This document shows positions 37,150 through 47,690 of a stretch of DNA of 64,000 bases, in pieces. Location: contig NC_090374.1 in NCBI RefSeq assembly GCF_036365525.1, positions 129,796,421 through 129,860,420 on the forward strand, in the 5' to 3' direction. The stretch's first letter is position 1; each line of letters starts with the position of its first letter. A program made the position numbers and the translations under genes. The stretch comes from Heterodontus francisci. Lineage: Eukaryota. The notes under the pieces are model-generated. The model was given only the letters and a program-made list of their open reading frames with translations, was not told the origin of the DNA and made no database searches.

Positions 37150-38770
37150 TTATTACAACAATTCACATTAATAAAGCACCTTTAGCATAAAAAGCCCTAA
37201 GATGCTTCATAGAGACTTAATCAAAAAGCTAAGCCAAAGAAGGAGATATTCAGAGAGGTTTTAAAATCTTGGTTAAGAAGATGATTTTAAAGAGGGTCTA
37301 AAAGGAGGAGATGAAATTGGTGGGATTCAGGGAGTAAACTTAGTGCATAGGGTCTTAGGCAGCTAAGGCAATGGTGTGGCTAATAAAAGGGGATTGCACA
37401 AGAGGCCAAAGTCAAAGGAACGAAGAATTCTGGAGAGCAGTGGGGGAATTGTAGGGCTGGATGAGATTATGAAGATATCATAGGATCACATGATATAGGG
37501 CAGAAATAGGTCATTCAGCCCATCGAGGCTGCTCTGTCATTCAAACAGATCATGGCTGATCATCTACTTTCCGTCATTTTTCCCCACTATCCCCATATCC
37601 CTTGATGTCATTAGTATCCAAAAAGCTATCGATTTCTGTCTTGAACATGCTCAATGATTGAGCTTCCACAGCCCTCTGGGGTAGAGAATGCCACAGATTC
37701 ACCACCCTCTGAGTAAAGAAATTCTTCCTCATCTCAGTCTTAAATGGCCCACCCCTTATTCTGAGATTGTGTCCCCTTTTTCTAGACTCACCAGCCAGAG
37801 GAAACATCCTATCCACATCTAACCTGAGAGATGAGAGATCTCCTCTCATTCTTTGAAACTCTAGAGAATACAGGCCCAGTTTCTGCAATCTCTCCTCAGA
37901 AGACAATTCTGCCATCTCAGGGATTAGTCTGGTGAAGCTCCATTGCACTCCCCCTATGGCAAGTATATCCTTCCTTGGTTAAGGGGACCAAAACTGTACA
38001 CAATACTCTAGCTGCAGTCTCACTAAGGCTTTATACAATTGCAGCAATACATCTTTGCTCCTGTACTCAAATCCCCTTGCAATGAAGGCCAACATAGAGC
38101 TTGCCTTCTTAATTGCTTGCTGCACCTGCATACTAGCTTTTTGTGACTCATGAACAAGGCCACCCAGGTCTCTTTGGATACCAACACTTCTTAACCCCTC
38201 TCCATTTAAGAAATACCTGCCTTCTGTATTTTCTATCAAAGTGGATAACTTCACATTTATTCATGTTATATTTCATCTGCCATGTTCTTGTCCATTCACT
38301 TAGCCTGTCCAAATCCCCTTGAAGCCATACAGAGGAGTGAGATTGTGAAGGAATGTAAGCATGATGGTGAGAATTTTAAATATAAGGCATTATGGGATCT
38401 GGAGCCAATGTAAGTCAGTGAGGACAATAGTAATGGGCAAGCAATACTTGATACTGAATAGGATACAAGCAACAGAGGTTTTCATGAGCTGAGGTTTACG
38501 AAAGGTAGAGGATGGGATGCCAGCTGTAGCATTGGAACATTCGGGTCTGGAGGTGATAAAGACATGGATGAGTATTTCAGCAACAGGTGGAGTGAGGTAA
38601 GGCCAGAGGCGGGTGATCTAACAAAGGTGGAATTAACTGTTCTTTGTGATGGAGAGGAAACAGTGTCGGAAGGTTAGCTCCAATTCAAATAGGATGCCAA
38701 GGTTGCTAACAGTTTGGTTCAGCAGAGTCCATGAAACAGATTGGAATTGGTGGGAAGGATACAGAGTTTG
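37150..38770 (-). mobile_element. L2 fragment with a nested CR1 3' fragment (about 37478-38325)
   Basis: CR1 ORFs 37574-37948 and 37979-38254 sit between purine-rich segments resembling the reverse complement of the L2 pieces. Confidence 0.7.
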
Positions 38771-39014
38771 TCGATAATATAATACTAATATTATTAAGTA
38801 TATAATTATCCACTGAAGTTACACTGGCTCAGTGGCAGAACCCTTTGAACTGCACTTGTTGTGAAAGGCTGGGCATTGCCACCTCTGATGCAAGTATGTA
38901 GAACATTTTTTTAAGAGGTACTGTAATAGTGCCAACCTTGGAGCAAAGTGTTATTCTTACAGTATTATTTATTGATTTTGATGCAATAAGAGCATGAAAG
39001 AAAACATTTACCTT

Positions 39015-39416
39015 TTTTTATTCTTTCATGGGATGTGGGAGTCACTGGCAAAGCCAGCATTTGTTGCCCATCCCTAAATGCCCTTGTCAACTGAGTAGCT
39101 TGCTAGGCCATTTCAGCAGGCAGTTAAGAGTCAACCACATTGCTGTGGGTCTGGAGTTGTATGCAGGCCAGACCAGGTAATGATGGTAGATTTCCTTCCC
39201 TAAAGGACATTAGTGATCCAGATGGGTTTTTATGACAATTGATAGTTTTATGGCACTATTACTGAGACTAGTTTTCAATTCCCGATCTTTATTAATTAAC
39301 TGAATTTAAATCCCACCAGCTGCTATGGTGGGATTTGAACCTGTGTACCCGGGACATTAGCCTGGGCCTCTAGATTACTAGTCCAGTGCCATTACCACTA
39401 CACCACCGTCTCCCCC
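39015..39416 (-). mobile_element. tRNA-derived SINE (family of 4611-5015)
   Basis: Reverse complement has A box tggtgtagtgg and B box ggttcaaatcc and matches the 4611 copy full length. Confidence 0.85.
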
Positions 39417-39699
39417 AATGTGACTTAATGTTGTTGCATTCAAGGATTCAACTCAAGTATATTAATTGATTGTAAATATGGATTGACTGAAGACCTCAAG
39501 ATTCAGTTGTGGTCATTTGTGGTCCTCACAGTGGAGCTTAATCGTCAACGTGGACTGTTTTGGCCGAAGGATCTGCTTCTGTGTTGTAACTTCTATGTTA
39601 CTGCAGATGTAGAGGACACGTGTAGAACATTACCAAACTTCATCCATGGTTAAGGATTGCACAATTTCTTTTTCTTCCACAGAGAAATTTGTGTAAAAA

Positions 39700-39905
39700 A
39701 GACTTCTGTTTTATATAGCACCTTTTACAACCTCAGGACCTCTCAAAGCACTTTGCAGTCAATGAAACACTTTTGAAATGAAGTATTATAATGTAGGAAA
39801 TGCATCAGCACTTCTCACACAGCAAGGTTCCACAAACAGCAATGTGAATCTATTTTAGGTGTTGGTTGAGGGATAAATATTAATCAGACATCTGGGAGAA
39901 CTCCC
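39700..39905 (-). mobile_element. DeuSINE-like 3' fragment
   Basis: Reverse complement gggagttctcccagatgtctgattaatatttatccctcaaccaac resembles the Deu domain as recalled. The tail is ggtgctatataaaa. Confidence 0.5.
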
Positions 39906-40224
39906 TTGTACAAGAATCTTGTTAAAATATTAAATTCTATTAAAACTAACAAAATGCTGATTATTTCCTTTAAAAGGGGAACTATCTGATTAAGAACCAG
40001 ATTGTCGGTTACAGGGATAAATATTGAGCTAACTGATCAAATATATGACAAAAACTAAGGTTCAAACGCTTCATTAATGTTTCATGTCATGGAATTAAAC
40101 ATTTGGTCAGGTTTATCTTGTTTGTTTTACCTTCCTTAGGAGATTAAACAGATTGGGATGGTCTAAACTGTATACAAGCTGTCACACACATTTCAATAGG
40201 CTGGACTGCTTGCTCAATTCTAAT

Positions 40225-40935
40225 TTGGGTGCAGGAGTACAGGGACCTGGGTGTATATATACATAAGTCATTGAAGGTGGCAGGACTGGTTGAGAGAGTG
40301 GTTAATGAAACATACAGTATCCTGGGCTTTATTAATAGGGGCAAAGAGTACAAGAGCAACGAAGTTATGTTAAAATTGTGTAAGACACCAGTTCAGCCTC
40401 AGCTGGAGTATTGTTTCCAGTTCTGACTGACGCATTTTAGGAAAGAGATAAGGGCATTGGAGAGAGTACAGAAAAGATTCATGAGAATGATTCCAGAGAT
40501 GAAGAACTTCAGTTATGAAGATAGACTGGAGAAGTTAGGATTGTTTTTCTTGAAGAGAAGGCAGAGAGGTGATTTGATAGAAGTATTCAAAATCATGAGG
40601 AGTATGGACAGAGTAGAAACTGTTCCCACTCGTGAAAGAATCAAGATCACGAGGGCACAAATTTAAAGTAATGGGTGAGAGAAGCAAAAGTGACATGAAG
40701 AAAAACTTTTTCATGCAGAGAATGGCTAAGGTCTGGAAAGCGTTGCTTGAGAACATGGTGGAGGCAGGTTTAATTGAAGCATTCAAAAGGGAATTAGACT
40801 ATTATATGAAAAGGAAGAATGTGCAGGGTTACGGGAAGAATGCAGAGGAATGGAACTGAGTGAATTGCTCTTTGAGTTGGTGTGGACACGATGGGCCGAA
40901 TGGCCTTCTTCTGCACTGTAATGATTCTGTGATTC
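40225..40935 (+). mobile_element. CR1 3' fragment
   Basis: ORFs 40229-40426, 40457-40666 and 40632-40859, followed by a 3' UTR. Confidence 0.85.
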
Positions 40936-41334
40936 ATGCCCCATGTTCCTTCTGCAGTTGTCACCAATCCAATCTTTGCTTTTAATACGGGCAGTACATC
41001 TGGGAATTTCCGATGTAATCTGGATACCAAACTTAAAATAAAAATAATTCCCCCATGTAGTTTTGAACCTCATAATATCAAAACATTGATTAGGGAGGCT
41101 ATCAAAAATAACTTCTGCTAGGTCCTCTGGGTTGCTGAAATGTGGGACATCTGCAGGCAAATGTAGAATAACCGGTACTCTGAAGAGCAGGGGATCTCAA
41201 AACCGGCTTTCAAAGACCAGTTTAAACTACATGAACATAAAAGGTTGAAAGCACAAATCATATAACGTGCTCACTGAAAGTTGGAATTCTAAAAGCAATG
41301 TGCATTATGTTGCAGTGCAATATGAGAACACCCA

Positions 41335-41712
41335 GAAACAGAGGAGGCTGAGGGGTGATTTAATTGAAATATACAAAGTTATGAGGGGCCTAGATAGACA
41401 GGAAGGAACTGTTTCTCCTGGTGGAGAGGTCAATTACCAGGGGGGGCACAGATTTAAGGTGATTGGCAGGATTAGAGGGGGCGAGAGGAAAAACCTTTTC
41501 ACTGAGGGTGGTGAGTGTCTGGAATTCACTGCCAGGAACGGTGGTGGAAGCAGAAACCCTGGTTGTAGCTGGACATGTATCTGCAGTGCTGTATCCTGCA
41601 AGGCTATGGACCAGGTGCTGGAAAGTGGGCCTAGATTGGGCGGCTAGTTTTTTCAGCCGGCAGATACGATGGGCTCAAAGGCCTCAATCTGTGCCGTAGT
41701 TTTTCTATGATT
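41335..41712 (+). mobile_element. CR1 3' fragment
   Basis: QRRLRGDLIEIYK and VWNSLP motifs with a ctatgatt tail. Confidence 0.8.
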
Positions 41713-41844
41713 TTAACTCGGAGCTTTCTCAACAGAAAAAGTTACGCAGGCTATATAACCCAAGCAAACACATATGACCACATTTAGAATCGGAGATTTC
41801 CAAATGCAGCAGACGCAGCTTCCGCATTAATTCTGCCAGAAGCA

Positions 41845-41997
41845 ACACCACGTGACCGGCGCCCTGACCCCGCCTCCGATCAGCGGCCCCGCGGTCCCAT
41901 CCCCCAGCCAATCAGAGATCGGATCTCTGGTGATTGGCAGCCCCGGCGTTGGGGACTTCCGAAGCGGGACCATTGTCGGGCAGCGGCACTTGGAGTC
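41845..41997 (+). promoter_or_regulatory. HINT1 CpG-rich promoter
   Basis: E-box cacgtgac at 41849, GC box ccccgcctcc at 41868, CCAAT at 41908, inverted ATTGG at 41933, and ETS-like acttccg near 41955. Confidence 0.7.
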
Positions 41998-42108
41998 ATG
42001 GCTGCTGAGACTGCGAGGGCCCAAAGTGCTCAAGCGGGGGGTGATACCATCTTTGGTAAAATCATTCGCAAAGAAATCGTGTGCAAGCTCCTGTATGAAG
42101 ATGATCAG
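41998..42108 (+). CDS. HINT1: HINT1 coding exon 1 (111 nt)
   Basis: gtcATGg [37 protein letters not shown]|gtagag. Confidence 0.96.
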
Positions 42109-42191
42109 GTAGAGTAGGTGCCGTGAATGGCTGCAGAGTTTCTGCTGTCACAATCTGTTTTACAGCTTTGGGAGGTGAGGCTGTGTGAGAG

Positions 42192-42296
42192 GGGCTCAGG
42201 GAGACTGCAGACCCCCCACCCCCCGCCAGTCCCTGGGCTCAGGGAGACTGCAGACCCCCCGCCCCCCGCCAGTCCCTGGGCTCAGGGAGACTGCAG
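42192..42296. repeat. 43-bp tandem repeat, about 2.4 copies
   Basis: gggctcagggagactgcag starts at 42192, 42235 and 42278. Confidence 0.9.
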
Positions 42297-42727
42297 GGGG
42301 TGGGGTGGGGTTGGGTGGGTGGAGGCACGGTGGTTGCAGTAGTTTGTGCAGTGTTAGTGTCAGAGGCGGTTCCAGCCCGGAAATAGGCCTTTGGGCATAT
42401 CGTGTCTCTGATAGCTATACATTTTAATCTTAGGGTCCTGCTCTCCCTTTCTTTGATCGTGCACCATACATTCATATATATTTTATACATATATATATAA
42501 AGCATTGTTTCTGCTGTTGACAAGCTGGCATCCAGGCCTAATTGTTGTTTTCCCAGTAAATCATGTTCCTTGCACTGTTCTGATTGAAGAACCTGGGCCC
42601 CGGGGTTAGTGTTGGTTTTTGTGAATCAAACCGATCGGAAACAGAGCTTGGATTTCCTGAACATATCGAATGGCTAACGTGAACTTAAATGCAGTCGTTC
42701 AACTTTGCCTCTTCAGAAGGCTGTGTT

Positions 42728-43814
42728 TGCTGACAATGCAACCACTAGGTGGTGCAGTACTGGCACATGCACAAATGCAGCCTCCTCCACTAAAATATCA
42801 CTTGTCTGCAATGTCCCAGGCAGCTGCCTATAACAAAGATGGCGCTGCTCAATTTATCACAAAAAACAAATTGAACCCAAACCCCCTTTATGGCGGCAAT
42901 TGCCGCCTCCATCCCACCCCCATCAGTACCCTGCTCCCACCTGCCATCTTGCTTCTCTTCGCCGCAACCTCCCGCGCCCATCTGTTCGTCGCTGCTTTCC
43001 CTCAGCTGCTTGCTCCCGCCCTCGCCGCTCCACCCCCCCCCCCAACTGCTCGCTTGCTCGCTCGTTCGCTGCTGCCTTCCCTCAGCCACATGCTCCCGCC
43101 CTCACTGTTTCCTCCCCACCGTGCCACTTCAGCAGCTCGTTCCCCACCTTCGGGCGGTGAGTCGCAGAGGAAGTGGCGAGGCTGGAAGTGAGTGGCTGAG
43201 GAGTGGCGTTGTGAGGCTTGGAGCTAGTGGCTGAGGGATGGCGGGGGGAAGCGGAGAGTGAGTGGCCGGTGGTGGTGGTGGTGGTGGGGGGGGGCAGTGG
43301 CTGAGGCAAGGCAACAATGAGGTGTGGAATGAGTGGCTGGGGTGGGGAAGAGGGAGAAGCAGGGAGGGAGCAACTGGTGGGGGGTGGGGTGACGCGCCAA
43401 GCACGGGAGCGAGTGGCTGAGGGAAGGCAACTGCGAGGCGGGGAGTGAACGGCCGGAGTGGGGGAGGTGGGGAAGCAAGGAGTGAGCAGTCGAGGCAGGG
43501 AGTGAGCGGCTGAGGGGGAAACGGTGAGGGTGGGAGTGAGTGGTTGAGGGAAGGCAGGGAGTGAGTAGCTGAGTGGGCAGACACAGCGATGTGGGATGGA
43601 GAGGCGAGTACTCGGGAGCTGGAAATTGAAAGAGGTAATTGAAGTGGACGGGAGCGGGGTACTGTTAGGAGGAATGGAGTTGGCAATTGCGACTATTGAG
43701 GGTGAGGACGTCATTGCATGATGACATCAGCCCACGCATGCGCATTCAGTTTGGCAAATGTTCGCACGCACTGATGATATCCACGATCACTGTGCTTTAT
43801 CAGGAGTCACTCCG
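42728..43814 (+). mobile_element. Helentron-like non-autonomous element, copy 2, in HINT1 intron 1
   Basis: tt|tgctgacaatgcaa ... caggagtcactccg|ttttttt. The first 230 bp match the reverse complement of 20830-21062, and degenerate 36-bp units lie inside. Confidence 0.65.
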
Positions 43815-43869
43815 TTTTTTTCTCTCAAAAGTCTGCATTAACGTTTTGAAATTGTCGATGTGATCATCA

Positions 43870-46260
43870 CCACAATTATAAAGGAGTTTTTGGTGGCTTA
43901 TTTCTACAGTTTTGGCAGATAGTACATTTACTAATCAGTGCCTCCAGGTCATTGTCTAGACCAGGCCAATGAACAAAACCTCTTGCTATAGATTTCACAC
44001 TGACTATTCCTGTGTGTTCAATATGGAGTTCAGCCAGAATCCCATCTCTCAAAGAACTAGGTACCACTACTCGGTCTGATCCCGCTTAATGCAACCCTGT
44101 TCACCTGACAACTCATTGCAATGATTGTGGAACAATTTCAGTTCCTCACCTGTGCACTGGTCAACTATTCAATGCCTATTCATAGACTCTTTTCAACACT
44201 GAGTCTTTATAAGTTTCACCTGCAACCTCAGTTGCAGCAAATGGAAAATCATCATATTCTGTACTTCTGTTGTGAAAATTGCACGTTCACAGCCTACTTC
44301 TATATCCTTGTGTGACAAACGTGATGGTGCTGCAGCAGGGTAGCATTCTCTTTGCAAGTGAAATATTCAATGTTGTAGTTCTACTATGAGTAAAGTACAG
44401 TCACCGCTGCATAAAGCGTGACTACCCAACCCGAACCTAACTACGTGTCTGGTTTGGATTGGGTGTCTCTTCCGGGTCCAGCTTTTGGGCTAGGCTCTGG
44501 TTGGGCTGGGTGTGGACAGTACTGCCTTCCCATGGAAAGTAATCTTCAAATGAACATTCAGGACGTCAAGGTGGGAAACGTGCAGTCTGGACTCCGCATT
44601 CTGCAGTAAAGCCTGACTACCCGACCAAACCTGACTACATGTGTCATGGTCAGGTCAGGCATTTAAAAAAACTATAGGACTCTGAGCCTGGGTCGGGTTC
44701 GGGTTGGATGTTGTTGGATCGGGCCCGGGTTGGGTTTTAATTTTATATCCGAGCCAGGCTTTACCGCAGCATCTTTGCTGCCATTGTCTGTATTGCAGAT
44801 TTTAATCCCAAGATATCTATTAAAGGTTTATGGTCTGTTACTAGCGTGAAGTTTCTGTCCAACAAAATCTAGTGAAACGTTTTGATTCCGAAGATGATTC
44901 TAAGTGCTTCCTTTTCTATCTGCGGAACTTGCATTCACTCTTGGTCAGGGTACGCGACACAATTGCTATGGGCTTCTCTTCACTATCATCCATGACGGAA
45001 CTGATCATTGCTCCAACTGCACAATTTTAAGCCTCACATGCTAGCTTCAGGTCACAATTTGTGTCATAATGAATGAGTAATGCATCACTGGTCAAGCTTT
45101 TACATGCATCATAAACATCGTGTTCTTTGAACCATTCCCATTTCACATTGTTCTCAACAACTCATATAATGGAGCTAACACCATTGCAAGCTCAGGCAGA
45201 AATCACGAGTAGTATTAGACTATACCTACAAGAGATCTAAGCTCAGACACCTGTTGGCTTCTAAAACCTAAGCAGAGTAGGTTTTCAAATGAAGTGTGTT
45301 TTCAATTAGAGGCACTTAACTGAATTTGCTCTTGTACATGTCGCTGCTGATACTAGAGCAATCTGCAGCTGCATCAATGAACATGTTGATGTACTGTTGA
45401 TTTATCAACACCTTTGTACAAAAAGCTCTCATTTGAGTGATAGCTAGTGGCATAAATGCTGTACAGCCCTAACTGTCTTCGCTTAGGCGTTCTGGATTCA
45501 CTTCAAGATTGTGAACTCAACCTTTGTGACATTACTTTTCTATTACCACTGGAATGGGTTCCCTTTCCTGTTTTGGCCTTTGCTCAGCAAGCAGTTGCAA
45601 TATGACCTTTCTTTTGGCAAGTAAAACCCTTGGCATTTCTGTACTGATGTGCCCTTACAGCGATAACGATACTAAACTGCTATCACTAGCACTCTTCTGG
45701 CTAGGGGTCTCATCTTTAGGCTTGGCAGAAACCGCCTGACAGTGGGCAGAAGCTGTACTAGTCACTGGTATAGGGTGAAATTCCTGAGCTTTATTTGATG
45801 CTATCCCTTCAGAATGAGCAATCTTGCACGCTAGCTCAAATGTAAGATTTTGTGTTTAATAACTTCGATTGGATTCTTTCATCCATCAATCCACACACAT
45901 GCACAAATCTGTCTTGTAATGCACAATCTAAAAATGTGCCAAAGTTGCATTGTAGTGATAAATTCTTCAATGCCACAATGTGCTCACCAACTGTTTTGCT
46001 ACTTTTCTGATTTCTGATTGCAAATTTGTAACTTTCCATTCTCTCTATTGGCTGCAGGTTGAAATGTTCCTCAATTTGGTGGTTGTTTTGAATGACAAAT
46101 CTTTTGCCTTGTTGGGAGCAAGAAAGGTTGTTAGTGTGCCAAACCTGTTCGCTGCAGTTCCTGCTGCTGTTTGCTGCCTGTATTGACAGACTTTCATCTC
46201 ATTCTTGTTGCCATTTAATATATTTGGGTTTGCACTAGCAGAGAAAATGGACACCAAGCA
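43870..46260 (-). mobile_element. Ty3/Gypsy LTR retrotransposon internal remnant
   Basis: Gag-like ORF 45836-46039 (LQDRFV.CGL..ERIQSKLL), RNase H remnants near 44820-45050 (DHKPL), and an integrase zinc-binding ORF 43876-44067 (ELH..HTG...WPGLD.D....C..CQ). Confidence 0.82.
44412..44763. mobile_element. hAT-type MITE nested in the Gypsy remnant
   Basis: Ends taaagcgtg / caggcttta, 8-bp TSD ccgctgca (44404-44411) / ccgcagca (44764-44771), and cccgaacc / gggtcgggt subterminal repeats. Confidence 0.75.
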
Positions 46261-46386
46261 TGGCCAGTTCAAAGAAGTGCTTATTTACGTTATTACATTA
46301 TTAGAATAATGTACAAATGCATTACACTGGGAATATTCAGGTCCGGTGGCATCAGGGGGAGAGAGAAACATTTAATCAGAATTTAA

Positions 46387-46620
<234 letters not shown>

Positions 46621-46838
46621 TGAACATTGCTTTGAATGGTGATTTAATTGACAGAATCTCCATCACTAAAAGCTGCGCCACAAGCCATAAAATAAAAAGC
46701 ATTAAGCTTTATTTCTGCAGGGATAGAATTGATAAATAGGGAAGTTATGCTAAACCTATATTGAACCTCGGTTACACTTGCAGTACGTCATGCAGTTTTG
46801 ATCGCCATTTTATGAAAAGGACATAGAGACAATGCGAA

Positions 46839-47690
46839 GACTACATCTGCAGGAAGTGTACCCAGTTGCAGCTCCTCACAGACTGCATGGATCGGTTGGA
46901 GCAGCAACTGGATGCACTTAGGAGCATGCAGGTGGCAGAAAGTGTCATAGACAGGAGTTTTAGAGAAGTGGTTACACCCAAGGTGCAGGCAGATAGATGG
47001 GTGACTGCTAGAAGGGGCAGGCAGTCAGTGCAGGAATCCCCTGTGGCTATCCCCCTCTCTAACAAGTATACCATTTTGGATACTGTTGAGGGGGATGGCC
47101 TATCAGGGGAAAACAGCAGCAGCCAGAGCAGTGGCACCACGGCTGGCACTGTTGTTCAGCAGGGAAGGGCAAAGCGCAGAAGAGCAATAGTTATAGGGGA
47201 CTCTATAGTCAGGGGCACAGATAGGCGCTTCTGTGGACGTGAAAGAGATTCCAGGATGGTATGTTGCCTCCCTGGTGCCAGGGTCAAGGATGTCTCTGAA
47301 CGGACAGGGGGCATTCTGAAGGGGGAGGGTGAACAGCCAGAGGTTGTGGTACACATCGGTACCAACGACATATGTAGGAAGAGTGACGAGGTCCTGCAGG
47401 GGGAGTTTAGGGAGTTAGGTAGTAAGTTAAAGGACAGGACCTCTAGGGTTGTAATCTCGGGATTACTCCCTGTGCCACGTGCCAGTGAGGCTAGAAATAG
47501 GAAGATAGTGCAGCTGAACAAGTGGCTGAACAGCTGGTGTAGAAGGGAGGGTTTCAGATATCTGGACCTTTGGGATCTCTTCAGGGACAGATGGGACCTG
47601 TACAAGAAGGACGGGTTGCATCTAAACTGGAAGGGCACAAATATCCTGGCTGCGAGGTTTGCTAGCGTCACTCGGGAGGGTTTAAACTAG
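46839..47690 (+). CDS. CR1 ORF1p: zinc finger / leucine zipper remnant plus SGNH esterase domain (5'-truncated)
   Basis: DYICRKC, a heptad Leu repeat, and SGNH blocks IVIGDS, LPGA, HIGTND and DGLH. Confidence 0.9.
   Translation, partial: DYICRKCTQLQLLTDCMDRLEQQLDALRSMQVAESVIDRSFREVVTPKVQADRWVTARRGRQSVQESPVAIPLSNKYTILDTVEGDGLSGENSSSQSSGTTAGTVVQQGRAKRRRAIVIGDSIVRGTDRRFCGRERDSRMVCCLPGARVKDVSERTGGILKGEGEQPEVVVHIGTNDICRKSDEVLQGEFRELGSKLKDRTSRVVISGLLPVPRASEARNRKIVQLNKWLNSWCRREGFRYLDLWDLFRDRWDLYKKDGLHLNWKGTNILAARFASVTREGLN

Noticed and set aside
41729-41911. LYRM7 first coding exon sharing the HINT1 CpG island
   Set aside because: The exon with the right size, phase and donor is at 33927-33944, and this ORF has no LYRM7 similarity.
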